Below, piece after piece: positions 11,801 through 24,450 of a DNA stretch of 64,000 nucleotides. Location: the NCBI GenBank assembly GCA_964247055.1, contig OZ176050.1, forward strand, positions 4,836,001-4,900,000, in the 5' to 3' direction. This DNA comes from Paragordius varius (lineage: Eukaryota > Animalia > Nematomorpha). The position numbers and the translations under genes were made by a program. Position 1 is the stretch's first letter, and every line of letters starts with the position of its first letter. Under the pieces are notes generated by a model that saw only the letters and a list, made by a program, of their open reading frames with translations, ran no database searches and was not told where the DNA came from.

Positions 11801-14078
11801 CCCTCCTGACTGGGAAAACAGCCATATCATTCCCATATACAAAAAAGGAGACCCTCTGCTGCCGAAATCCTACCGTCCAATAAAGTTATTAGATCACACT
11901 ATGAAAATATATGAAAAAGTAATTCTCTCCAAAATCCTGCCCAAATTGCATTTAAACGAAATGCAATGCGGGTTCCGGCCAAATAAAAGTACAATAGATG
12001 CCATATTCACGCTAAGACAACTTCAAAGCGCATACATCAAAAAATCTCCTTTATACTACGCTTTTCTTGACAAGCCTTTGATGCCATTCCAAGAGATCTT
12101 ATACCATGGGCTCTTAGGCGTCAAGGCATTGACGAATGGTTGATAACCTCAATAATGCTCTTATACCGTAATACCAGAGCCCAAATCAAAACCCCGTTTG
12201 GACTAAGTAAAAGTTTTTCAATAAAAAATGGACTCCACCAAGGATCCATATTAAGCCCAACCCTCTTCAATGTCATTATGGAAGAAATAACTAAAGACAT
12301 CACAACCGGCATGCCACACCAAATTCTTTACGCCGATGACCTCGTAATATCATCGACATCGGAAAGCGATCTCATAGGGAAAATTCGTCTGTGGAATGAC
12401 ACCTTAAAAAGCTATGGTGTCAAAGTCAATTTTTCAAAAACCAAATTAATGTACGATAATCTCACCGCAAAAAACCCATGCAGCCTATGCAGAAAAGAAG
12501 TTAAATCAAATTCTGTACGCTGCAATTCTTGTCTTCTATGGGTACACAAAAAATGTAGTAGCCTCAAATCTATAAATGATTACGATAAACACTACAAATG
12601 CTCGGCATGTTTAAATAATAATATTAATTTAACAATCAACTCGATTCCCAATCCTTTCAATATGGAAACAGTGAGCAGTTTTTGCTACTTGGGCGATATG
12701 ATATCAGCCGGTGGAGGAATAGAACCTGCAATTAAGCATCGCATATCACAAATGTGGAAAAAATACCATTCGTTAAAATTAATAATAAATTATAAATTCG
12801 TCAAACAACAAACTAAATGTGCCATTTACACTACAGCCATTCGTTGCGTCCTCACATACGGAACCGAATCCTGGCCGATATTAAAAATAAAATCTAAACT
12901 CATAAACGCTGAATCCAAATTATTGAAAACAATATTATTCGCACACAATCCTTCTAAATTCAATTATACCAAATCCATAAACCCGTACCATACACTCAAT
13001 CTCAACCCCGTCAACAACGTCATCAGAAATCTCCGGTTACAATGGGCTGGACATGTTGAAAGACGGCAAGATACTCACATTCTTAAAACTATGAAAAATT
13101 ACTCGGTTGAACTACCAGCAAAATCCGGCCGACACCACATGGCTCAACACAATAACTAAAGACCTCGAATCGCTTAATTTAAATCTAGAATTAGCCAGAT
13201 CAAGAGAAGAGTGGAAAAAACGGGTGTACCGTCATTTAATGGCGAATCCCCATACAAATGAATGACGATGATGAATGATATTATGTAGACCGAGGTATCC
13301 AAAATAAATAACTTTACGACCGCATTTCTATATTTTATTTAAATTAAAACATGGGACTGTAAAATGTAAACACAATATAACATTTTAATCTAATTCATTA
13401 TCATTCGATAGAAATATTCAGAAAAATTGGTAAAAAATATTAATATTACTCAGATTTTAGCATTTTTAAATTTTAGATTTCCCAAGGGCTCCATGTTGGA
13501 CCCGCCTAATGTAAACAGTTTAGCGATGCATTTTTTGTACAAAAATTTTTTGCGCATAACTTGCAATAAGAGCCTTATTTAAAAATGTTTTAACCGCCTT
13601 TCATGTTTCATATCGCGATTTTGAATAAAATTCTGGCAAATAGCTGTCTAAATAAATATATTATGAATAAATCGAGTTTTAATTAGGAGTTATGTCTCAA
13701 TCGTGTGTATATTAATGTGTCTCAAACAATGTCGTATCATATATATTTTTTAATTATAACTATTTACAATTATTTTAGCAATAAATAATTGTATAAGTGT
13801 TTAAAAAATATATTTATTAATTTTATAATAGTAAATCAATTAATCATATTATTGTTGTATATAAGCTATGATGTTTACAGCTTTTTACATTAAATATTAA
13901 ATATAGATTGCCTAATTACTTTATAAAATTTTTAATATAATTTTTTATTATTGTTATATTTAGGTTAAAAACTTCCCTAATCGAACCATTATACCTTTTG
14001 ATATATGTCCAGATTTAAGTGGCTTTAATCTTGATTCCGATACAAGTTATCCTTTAGAAGTATGATTTTTGCAATACA

Positions 14079-14122
<44 letters not shown>

Positions 14123-14617
14123 AAAATTATTTATGTTAGGAAAATATCGCCCTTGCTATTACATTTTTTGTCTAGAGTAGAACTTTATATATGTTAAAAA
14201 TATAGATATATAAATATATGAGTTCGATGTATAATATATTCAAGTTTATTTACTTGCATTAAGGCGAAATAGATATCATTTATTTCTTTTTAATCTAAAA
14301 CGAAGCCAACTAATAATTTTTCTACAGGAGATACATCTATCGATACTTTATAAATATCAGCAATGTATTTTTATTCATACTGTATTTTAATATAATCGAG
14401 ATTTGAAGAAATTTTTTATTATACAATTATCATTTTTTTATAGTTACATGGTAAAGAATATATATATTGTGAGCCGGTGCAAAAACCAATCAATCCTCCA
14501 TATAAACATGCTTTGGAGTTGAAAAAAGCAAATAAATTGTCCCAAGTTGAAAATCAGATCACGGAAATTAATTTTAGCCAAATTATTGAACACCCTGAAC
14601 CTCAAATAGCTTTATAA
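5889..14617 (+). CDS. FTSJ1: tRNA (cytidine32/guanosine34-2'-O)-methyltransferase FTSJ1/TRM7, 6 exons: 5889-6045, 6123-6239, 6270-6529, 6626-6796, 13964-14059, 14444-14617; 324 aa
   Basis: [74 protein letters not shown] (K-D-K-E tetrad). Family C-terminal motifs ([31 protein letters not shown]) lie in two exons beyond a 7.2 kb intron. All junctions are GT-AG and in frame. Confidence 0.93.
6995..7031 (-). ncRNA. Degenerate minimal hammerhead ribozyme in the 3' pLTR of the Penelope element
   Basis: - strand reads TTTC CTGATGA TGA T GCC ATTG GGC GAA AATT T GAGT. An extra TGA and a weakened stem I relative to the copy at 10367. Confidence 0.5.
10367..10400 (+). ncRNA. Minimal type I hammerhead ribozyme in the inverted Penelope pLTR
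   Basis: ACTC (stem I) - CTGATGA - T - GCC ATTG GGC (stem II) - GAA - AATT (palindromic stem III) - T (cleavage nucleotide, 10396) - GAGT (stem I). Confidence 0.75.
11040..13278 (+). mobile_element. RTE-type non-LTR retrotransposon, 5'-truncated and frameshifted, in FTSJ1 intron 4
   Basis: [51 protein letters not shown] (frameshift near 12070), [45 protein letters not shown]-terminal GR..TW..DL..A.SREEW after a second frameshift near 13130. Ends in an (ATG/GAT)-like repeat tail at 13258-13278. Confidence 0.9.
14083..14120. repeat. (AT)n microsatellite
   Basis: 19 perfect AT units. Confidence 0.95.
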
Positions 14618-15280
14618 AAGTTCAGACAATGGATAAAGAAACTAGAGAATATTATCTTCGGATATATGTGTAAATAAATTATCCTAATTATAATATAAAT
14701 TATTTTTATATATGAGTAGGTCTATAATAGTTAGTATAAAATAGCTATGGTTATAAGCTTTTCTCATCATCTTTTTATTAAAGATACTAAATTAACAGTT
14801 TCTACACCTGTTTGGACAGTAGAAATAACAAACTTTTTTGAGTTGGTGTAACTTCAAGAGCCATATTAACTCAATTAATTTTATAATTCGTAAATTTTTG
14901 GCAGCAAAAAATATTGCGTTAAAATGAATTTTTTAAACATCTATTACAATATGTCATATCAATAATTCGAATATTTTAAATATATTTGGATTTTAACGGT
15001 GCATTTGGGACTTGCAGGTAAACAATATTTGCGATTACACTATCAAAGTTTTGTGGTAGAGTGATTAGGACATTCAACTCTTGTAATAAATATTATGTGT
15101 AGGTCTATCAGAATTCGAATTCCGAAACTGCCAAATTTATTATCAGCACCGCCAGCCCTAAGCAGGTGAGTATTGGGTTTACATGTTCTTTAATGGAAAT
15201 TAATCCCTTACCACCCTTAAAAAAGACTAAACTGTACATGTTTGTAGGATCGTTATTTAAGTAAGTAAGATAATAAAAAC

Positions 15281-16016
15281 CAGGGCTTAGAACCGGTTCA
15301 AAAAAAGTGGAACCGGAACCGCGTTGATTTCTTGAAGATTTAGCGGTTCCGGAACCGGTTCTTTGAATTTAAAACCGGTTCCATTTTCGGTTCCTGGCTT
15401 TTGATTAAATGAATTACAAAATTATTATAATAATAATATTAACAATTAACAAACAATTTATTATAAATTGCCAAATTTGAAAGAAATATAGTGTAGCATA
15501 ATAAATGAAACAAATTATAAAAATATAATAGGAAAATGTCTAAGTTAACAAAGGTATGAAATGGGAGTAAATTAAGTATGGCATCTAAAAGATCTTTATT
15601 TAACTTTAAATTTTGCACCCAGCAATTCGTTGGTCTAACTACTTCTCAAGACTCAAAATAGAATATTAACAGAGACCTATATATACGAACATGTGTATTA
15701 TAAATAAACTCGACTTATGACCATTAGTTTTTTTAAAACAGAATTGCCCAAAATTTAAAAAGTATCGCTAATATAATATTAGGCGCTTAGTTTTAAGTTT
15801 GAAGTATGTAATATGTAGTGGTACAATCAAATTTAATTAATAAAACAACATTTTTATAGTAAAAATATGGGAACCAGAAATTAAGGGAGTTGAACCGGAA
15901 CCGGGTTGGTTCCTAAAAATTTATAGATAGAACTGGGGTGGTTCCCGGAGGAACCAAAACCGCGTTGACCGGTTCTTGCTAAAATCCCAGGAACCGGGTT
16001 CCGGTTCCAAGCCCTG
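15281..16016. mobile_element. hAT-type MITE, 736 bp
   Basis: TIRs CAGGGCTT(A/G)GAACCGG; many subterminal GGAACC/GGTTCC motifs. 8-bp flanks ATAAAAAC and ATAAATAC (7/8 identical) fit a hAT TSD. Confidence 0.85.
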
Positions 16017-16243
16017 ATAAATACCCTTTATGTTTACTCTTATTATAGGATATTATTGCTAAAAATAAATTTAATTCAAGATTGCTAGAACAATATACCA
16101 ATTCTATGGATGTATACAATATGTAATTTATTAAACAAACATATATTTTTGCATAGGTATAAAACATTATATTACATGCATGTATGTAAATATTCTAATA
16201 GATTAACATTAAACATCATTATTTGAATCGACTAGTATAACTA

Positions 16244-19200
16244 TTATTTTTGACATAATTTCTCTGGATCAATGCTTTGTTGACTTCTGACGCTACTGTT
16301 GCACGAGTCCTCCTCATCATCCTGGTCGTCTTTAGATTCGTCTCCTTTCTTGAATTTGGTCCTACGATTTTGAAACCAAACTTTGACCTAAGATAAGATC
16401 ATTTATATAATTAGAAATATAAATGGTAAAATATTTTGAGCAAATAACTAAAATTGACAAGAGTTACTTGAGTTTCCGATAATGTTAAGCTTTTTGCCAA
16501 ATCTTTTCTTTCATTACCGACGACGTAATGATTTTTTTCAAATGCATGCTCCAACTTTAAAAGTTGAGAGGGCGAAAAGGCCGTCCTAATACGTTTTCCT
16601 TTTCGAAAGAGCGAAGTTTGATAAATGTAATCCGGTAACATAATGTCATTTGGTGAAAGGAATGTTGTGAACGCTGAAAAATACAAAAAAGATCATTAGA
16701 ATTTTCTAGTAAGACATAAATGTGCTGTTTATCATGGCATTCTGCGCACGATTAGTGTAACGGCGCGAACAACTCCAGCGCCCAACCGCGGTTCTATGAT
16801 CGAATAATAACTCTTACGCGTTCCTTCACACAAAATTTGCAAATTGTAAATTTTTGTTAAAAATCAATTACTATCTAAAAGACACTATATCTTTGGACAT
16901 GATAAAAATTATGCATAAAAGTATGATTTAAACCAAATGATACGATAGATGAATACTTACATTGCGAAACCATTATATAGTTTTAACATAAATAATAAAA
17001 ATCATATTGTATGAATTATTTTGGCCTACGAGTCAATTATTAAACTGAAAACCGCATTTTACAGTGTAGTGTTCAAAAATTGCAAGTTTCCGGCATATGT
17101 CAATTTATTTCTTTGGAGATGCCCTCTGGAAATTTGAATTTCCATCTATTATAATGCACAAAGCAAAGGTTGTGCTGTAATTTAAAAATTAGCTTATGCA
17201 TTTACAAAAAATAATATATTGAAAGCGTAAATTTATCATTAAAATACCACATACCAAAAACACCTTTAAATCCTGTTTGAAATATTTACCTGACTATAAA
17301 ATGAATCTTATTCAAAAGTAAGTCAAAGTTTTTTCACGAAAATTTAAATTTTAGAAGCATATATGAGTTCTATAGTGTTTTTCAGATGGTATGAGAGCAG
17401 GTTTGTAAAATGATTCTGCCAATAAGTGTTTTTAGGAGTTGGGACTGTAAACCGGAACAAAAACAATACCTTGTTACTTTAAATTTAGCGAGAAATTATT
17501 ATTCTATAGAATTAACTTGATTATATTTAAATTTTTCATCCTGGTGCACTTATTGTTTTAACTCTTTTATTGGATTGTAATAAAAATGTATATTAAATAT
17601 ACTTGGTGATAATATGTATAAATTATTTAAAACGAAAAAACATAAAAAAAAATATTTTTATTATGAATCGAAATCAGTGAGTTATGGAGTGAATGTTATA
17701 TACCATTGTCAAAAGCAAAACTATTTCCACCAAACGCAACACTTTTTCAACTACATCTTTAGTTCCGTTTAAATGGAAAATGTTGCGTTTGCTTGAAAAA
17801 TGTTTGGATGATAAAATGCGTTGGTTTAAAAAAATGTTGCGTTTGCTTGAAAAAATTATGCGCGTTTGGTTGAAAAAGTAAACTTTTAAATGAAAAATGA
17901 TATACCAACCATAGATTTCTGTAAAATATATATCAAGATTTAAAATTTTGTATAAATAATTTGACTCTTAATTACAAAATTATGGTTTAAGATGGCAAAA
18001 ACTAAAATCAATTTAGAAATGCCGCATCACCCCTCCTATAAAATATAAAAAAATAGCATAAATTAATTTTGATTGCTTTAAATAGAAAATGTTTAGCACA
18101 ATCCAAATACAAGTGGCTGAAGACATACTCTTAAATTAATTTTTTAATAATCGCAATATTATATATTATCATTCAACTATATTTTTTATTTTATTAGTGT
18201 CGTAATAATGCGTTTAAGTTTATTTCTCATCTTTCAAAAAATATATAATGCAAATATAATATAATATAATAATTATCAATTAAATATTCCATTTAATAAA
18301 AAACTTCCTTCCTCGTGTGCTCTAATATTTTTTTGCGAAGACACTTTGTTAAAATTTAATTATTTGTAGTTTATAAGTAAAAAAATATATCTTTAAAATA
18401 TATAATTTATCAACGATATTATCCAAATTTATTATTTTTAATTGAATTCAAAGAACACAATCATCCCCTCATCCATAATAAGTTTTATTAAAATTAAGTG
18501 TTTTTAAGTTTGAAAATTTGTAATTTCCCTTGTAATTAAAAAAAAAGACAAATATGGGTGGTTTTTTGAGCAAAAAATGTCGATATTATTAATATTATAA
18601 TTGTCACGCATTGAAATATATTTTAATATTTGTTATTTATTATTTTATTTGTCATCTCTTAAAATGTCGAAAATAAAATCAATTTTGATTTAAAAAGTTT
18701 AAACACAATAATAACAAATGGGAAAAATCTATTTGTTAATTAAAAAATAATTTAGGAGAACCCCTTAAGCCTTGAATATTTATCTCTTAATTAACAATTT
18801 AAAACTAATCATTTTAATCTATCAACACCCAAATATAGTAGTTATATGTGATATGTAGAGTATAAATGAATATATAATTATCATAATTAACACTTTATAC
18901 ATATTTTATGATAATTTTGAATGACATTTCTTCACTAGTAATAGCAGTTACATTTACGATTACTAAAATATTTTAAGAACAAAAATATTTTTAGCTGTAT
19001 AAACAAGTTTTAAAACTTACAAAGGTCTTCTGCCTGTCAAATTTTGATTTAGGCCTTTAACTTGTCTCTATACTTTTTAGAAACTATGCGTCTTCATTAA
19101 TTCATAAATTATCGTTATAATATGTTTAAGGGACAAGTTAATGTATAACGAAAATGAGCAAATTTTAAAAATTGTAATTAATTAAAACTTTGAATACATT

Positions 19201-20496
19201 TAAAAATTATGTAATAGAGAACTTACGGTTAAAACTTGTGCCATACGCAGCAAAATATTTTTCCCTTAAATATTTAAGCCGCTCTTCTGACATTTCATTT
19301 ACCGCGGTAGATTCTCCGTTTTGACTCTGTTCTAATGGATGATCTTTTTGCGATTTATTATCTTTATTGCTATTGGAGGCTGATATATTGTCAGATTTCT
19401 TAACTTTTTTATTGTGATCTACCCTAGATTTTGATACAGGAGAAAGGGAATGGTGTGATTTGCTTGAAAGTGTAGGACTATTATCACTTGATAAACTTTG
19501 ATCCAATTTGCGTTTTTCACCTCCCTCAATAATTGATTTAATCAAGGGTTTGACTTTTATCGACGTGGCAATAGAAGTTTCTGTTGGTGGTTTTGTTTCA
19601 TTTTTGGGGAGATGGGTGTTGATATTGCAATTATTTGCTTGAAAACTTTTATGAAAGGTTTGGATTGAAAGATTATCTTCCGCAATTCGGGAATGTTTTA
19701 TCGACTTGAGATCATGGTTGTTAAAATATGAATCTGACCTGTTAACTATATGAGAACCCAATTTATTTTTTGTCAAGGATGGCGGTACTGGTATAATATT
19801 TTTAACTGCCTTCTTATTGCTCACATCTCGGCCGTCTTGTTCCAAATAAGATCCCTGGATTAAATGCTGAGTTAATGCTTTATTCGATTTGGTCGCGTCT
19901 GGAGATGACAGTAAATGGCTAATAGAAAAGGGTGTTGGTTCACTATTTGATGATAATTTTACTGGATTTTTGATGGGTTCAGTGTTGGGAATCAAGCCTG
20001 TGTATAGATATTGAAGATATGGGTTATATGATGTCATGGGTGCAATGTAATAAGGCCAAAATGTGGTTAAATATTTGTAAAAAGCTAAAATAGAAGCCCT
20101 GTTTGCCGAAAAATCTTCCATATTATTAACAAAAGATTTCAGTTGTGGACTCTCCGTGGTGTCATTTATTACGTTATCATTGGTGCTTTTTGTGTTTGGC
20201 AATGAATTTTTATAGTATTCCTGGAATAATTTATTAGTCATTTCTAATGAATCAATCTGGTTTACACTTGTCGTTTGTTTATTAATTTTTGTGGAAGATT
20301 TTGAGATTATGGAGGTAACTGGCGTGGAAAAATGATTTTTCAAAAACAAAGTTTCATCTGAATATGGGCGAAAAGGTATGTTTTGTATTTGCTTTATATC
20401 ATTACTTTTATGGCCATATTTTATATCCAAAACTTTGTGTTTAAAGTGGGCATTTTTTAGTGGTGGAATTTTGTTTTTAACTTCATCGTTTTTCAT
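16244..20496 (-). CDS. EMX: Emx/empty spiracles homeobox protein, 3 exons: 20496-19227, 16673-16468, 16387-16244; about 539 aa
   Basis: Homeodomain [43 protein letters not shown]|[13 protein letters not shown]. Exon 1 ends at a perfect C|GTAAGT phase-1 donor that matches the phase-1 acceptor at 16674, and carries an eh1-like FSISHLL motif (about 19908-19929). Confidence 0.92.
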
Positions 20497-22232
20497 ATCC
20501 TGCGTTACTTAATTGTGATCAAATTTGCGAAATCTGATATATTTAAATTTTTTTTCGAAGATTAACAAAAATTAGTTACGATAAAAATGTTATAATATTG
20601 GCAATTACATTTATTAGATAACGATATATTGCAATATTTTATATAATATTATAATAAAAGACTCTCAAAATTCTGTCATGATAACTTGTCAAATGTCTCA
20701 TATTTAAGTATTAAAGTTCAAGTCTTCGATTTTAATATCGGATTAATTTTAATGTAGAAAAGTATAAACTTGATGTTGTAAATTAAAAACTAATCAAGTA
20801 AAAGAATCTTTATATCCAGAAATATTGTAATTAATAGGGAATTCTTCTTTAAAAAATAAAACATAACGAGTTTTTAACGCTTATAGATCGAATATTGGGT
20901 AATATATTAGTAAATAATGTATCATTATACGAAAAAAAAGTGTGAGATGGAATTCCTAATTAACAAGATTGATTAGGTAGGAATCGTCTCTTTATAATTA
21001 GAAAAATGTATAAATGAATATCATTAAACATTAAGGAGGGTATACGATTTATGTATATATGTATGTGTATGTAATATATTAGGCGATATGATAATAAGAT
21101 TAAAAATGACAGACAGGTTATATGTATTTACAAGTATGCATCAAAATGTTCATACTGAGAAAAAATTAATATACAATATTAAATATAATTTTATCTATTT
21201 ATGTAATAAGAAAATAAGTTACTTTTGTGTCATTTAAATTTAAATTGTCGATTAATTTTAAATAGGTATGTGCAATCAAAACAATTTCTGAAAATTCAAA
21301 TTTTTCGGTATTGAGTAATTTTAAACTCGACAAACAATTATAAATATTAATTAATCTCAGTACTATGGCATCCTATAATTCGACTTTTCTCTTTTATGTA
21401 TTATGTGTAGAAGAATAATTATTTACTAATTAACTTTTTTAAGTTAGATATTTTTTTGTAAAATGAATGATGAGACGAAACGATAATATCTAACTTATCT
21501 ATCTTAATAAAAATTGAAAAGGTGTGAAATATAATATAATTAACTATAATAATCATCTTTTATGATACATCTTTTATTAAATAATCATTTAAAAATTAAT
21601 ATTCAACATACTAATAAATTAATTAATTAAATTTAATTCTATATATATATTTAAAAACTTAATCGTGATAATTATTGATAAACAACATTGTATGAGGAAA
21701 TTACACAAATTTAATTATTTTTTGTTATTCCAATAAATGTATGCGACAATTATAAATGATTAATTTAGGCTAATACATAATTAGTTAAACTTTCATTTTT
21801 TTCATAAATTTGGAACTTTTTAAGACAAAAATTTAAATGTATACACGGTGTTTTTTAAATATACCTTAATTTTATTTAAGTTTTTTTTTTAATTGTGGAA
21901 TTTATCATTTTTAATAATTATTTTTATATAATTTTACATTATGTGTGCAACAGTTAAATTTTGCAAAAACTCGTATTAATTTAAAAAGTGATTTAATTTT
22001 TTGGATACGATTTTTACGAGAGAAATATAATGTGAACAATAAAGTTAACATTTGATTGATTTATTATTATAGTTTAGAGTGTAATAAAATAGGTTTTGGT
22101 TGTTGATTAAAATTAATAAGGTGCGAATTTAATGAATTATGTTGATATTATTATTATTATTGTTATAATTTAAAAAATGGTATAAAAATCTTAAAAGTTC
22201 CCTTTGCCAAAAAGCGCACATAACTAACATCA

Positions 22233-22354
22233 TACAGTAGCGTATGGTAACAAATAACAAACGGTTGATAATAAAGACCTTTTTTTCTAATTTTTAACAC
22301 CAATTTTGTATACATAAATATGGACAAACTATTTTTATACCATACGCTACTGTA
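22233..22354. mobile_element. 122-bp Tc1/mariner-type MITE
   Basis: Perfect 17-bp inverted ends TACAGTAGCGTATGGTA / TACCATACGCTACTGTA, including terminal TA. Confidence 0.8.
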
Positions 22355-23084
22355 TAAGAAAATGAAAAATATAATAAAAAAATTTGTGGCATATAATAAA
22401 TCAGAAAAATCGTAAATCTCAATTTTAAACAGTAGTGAATTTAAAAAAAGAGTGTGTGCATAAAAGGAAGTTTTCTACACTTCTAACATACTTAGCAGCC
22501 GAATTTTCGATATAATTTCTCTTAAATTGTTGAAATTTATTACCACTTATCTCCACTCAATGTGTGAAATCTTAATTAATTTTAATCTGATTTAATAGTA
22601 TTGGAACAGAAGTTTTTTACTCATTTAATAAATGATTCGTTTATTGCAAACTTTTTTGAAAAGAAAAATTAATAATATGTGTAGTATTATATGCGTAAGG
22701 TAAAAAAGTATGATTATTGAATAGTTTTATCAACACGATGGACACAAGGTTTTATAAGAATTTGGAAAGAAATATTTAGACCTTATTTATCCAGTTATAC
22801 TATGGATTTAACAAAATATTACGCAAATTTGACCAAAAAATATATTTTTAATTAAAACTATTACCAATTACAGCGATATTCTATATTCTAAGGCCGATAA
22901 AAACTAAGAATCCTTAATGGTATTTATATCAATTATATTATTTTTGCGATTAACTGTAAAGTTTTTACAAATCGACCTCCGTATATACTGGCACAGTCTT
23001 ACAAATCTATATATAAAACTTATCATCCATAAATTATACACACGGTCTTATTTTGATTGACATTGTGACAAACAATTTCAATCA

Positions 23085-24450
23085 TTTATGTTAAAATAAT
23101 AATTTGTATTCTCGTAAAATTTATTGAATTCAGACTATATCCAAAATTTTCGATACATGAGAGTATCTTTTTCAATGGATTAACTAAAATAAAAGAAAAT
23201 AATAATAAGATTAATTAAAACAAAATTTGAAAAATATAATTATAAATTATGATAACATAAAAAATGCAAAGTGGTGTGCATGTGTTATTGTTTTTTCCTT
23301 GGTGTGGTAAATATTTTGAAATAGTCTGTTTCTTTTAGGAAGTCTTTTGTGACTTTGTTAAGATCTTTCCTCTCTTCTCTTCTGTTGATGAGGTGTGTAA
23401 TGTTTGAATGGATGAAACAAGCCTCCAAAATCAACCTATCGGATAATTTGTCGGCTTGTGCTACAATGGATGCTGGGCCGAAGGTGTGACCTGTATTGTG
23501 GCAATGGTCATAGATGGCCGAACCTTTTCTGTTGTGTTCTTTTTCTCTAATATTTATAGGGCGTTTAGATTGTCCAATATAGTGTGCTGGACAATCATTA
23601 CATCTTTTGTGGTAGACTGTACATTCGTTTTTTGGTTCTCGGCGTGGTCTTAACAAACTTAATAAATTCTTTGGTGGTTTGTAATAAACACGTACATCCT
23701 TTTTTGTAATAATATTGTTAACTTTTTTGGATGTATTGTTATAAGTCAGGCAAATACATTTTTCGGGCGGATTTTGTTTTTCTCTTGGGTTTAATATATT
23801 GTTTATTGAATCTGTTATCCAATGCTTTTTATAACCTTGATCAAGTAATATGGTTACGATTTCTGATGTTTGAGATGTTCGTACCTTTATGTCATTTGGT
23901 AATTTAAGCGTTCTTTTTAGAAACGCGTTTGTTATGGCTTTGTAAGTTGCTACTGGATGGTTAGACGTAATGGATAAAAATTGGTAAGAGAAAAGTTCTT
24001 TATAATGGACTTGTATGGATATACTATTGATTCTACGGGTAAGATTGAGGTCTAAAAAGTTGATACTGTTGTTCTTTTCTTCCTCTATTGTTAGTTTTAA
24101 CTCGGATATTTTGTTGATAATGTTTTGAAAAACTTTTATATTGTCAATGGTGTCGATGATTAAAATATCATCCACATAACGGGTATAGAAGTTTGGACGA
24201 AATTTTTCAAAAGCCTGTTGCTCAATTAGTCTCATGCAAACTTCACCAATGATTGAACTAAATGGTGAACCCATTGGAGTCCCGCGAATTTGCTTATAGA
24301 AACTATCATTAAACATAAAATAAGTATTATGCAGCGCAATATTTATTAGGGATTGAAGCGCACTTCGATGGATCTGGCTGTTAAAATAATCTATGTTATC
24401 ATTAATTGTTTTGTTTAACGCCTGAAACGCTAATTCAATTTATATAACTA
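23085..24450 (-). mobile_element. Second Penelope-like element (different subfamily), 5'-truncated
   Basis: ORF 24316-23285 with [34 protein letters not shown] and GIY-YIG (TVYHKRCNDCPAHYIGQSKR..REKEH..LILEACFI). Degraded RT continues to about 24450. Boundaries approximate. Confidence 0.9.
23139..23180 (-). ncRNA. Hammerhead-ribozyme-like fold with decayed core in the 3' region of the second Penelope
   Basis: ATCCA - TTGAAAA - A - GATAC TCTCAT GTATC - GAA - AATT - T - TGGAT. Same architecture as 10367-10400; the core has two substitutions versus CTGANGA. Confidence 0.6.

Noticed and set aside
2012-12312. Opposite-strand or overlapping ORFs (2012-2245, 4038-4223, 6030-6230, 8906-9391, 11240-11548, 12121-12312)
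   Set aside because: They are shadows of real genes or retroelement ORFs, with no recognisable motifs.
15053-15125. tRNA/SINE-like A box (TGGTAGAGTGATTAG) and B box (ATTCGAATTCC)
   Set aside because: No cloverleaf, degenerate boxes, and no second copy in the window to define a SINE.
17725-17880. Repeated AAAATGTTGCGTTTGCTTGAAAAA units as a CRISPR-like array
   Set aside because: Only two exact copies plus degenerate ones, irregular spacing, eukaryotic context and no cas genes; likely a transposon subterminal repeat.
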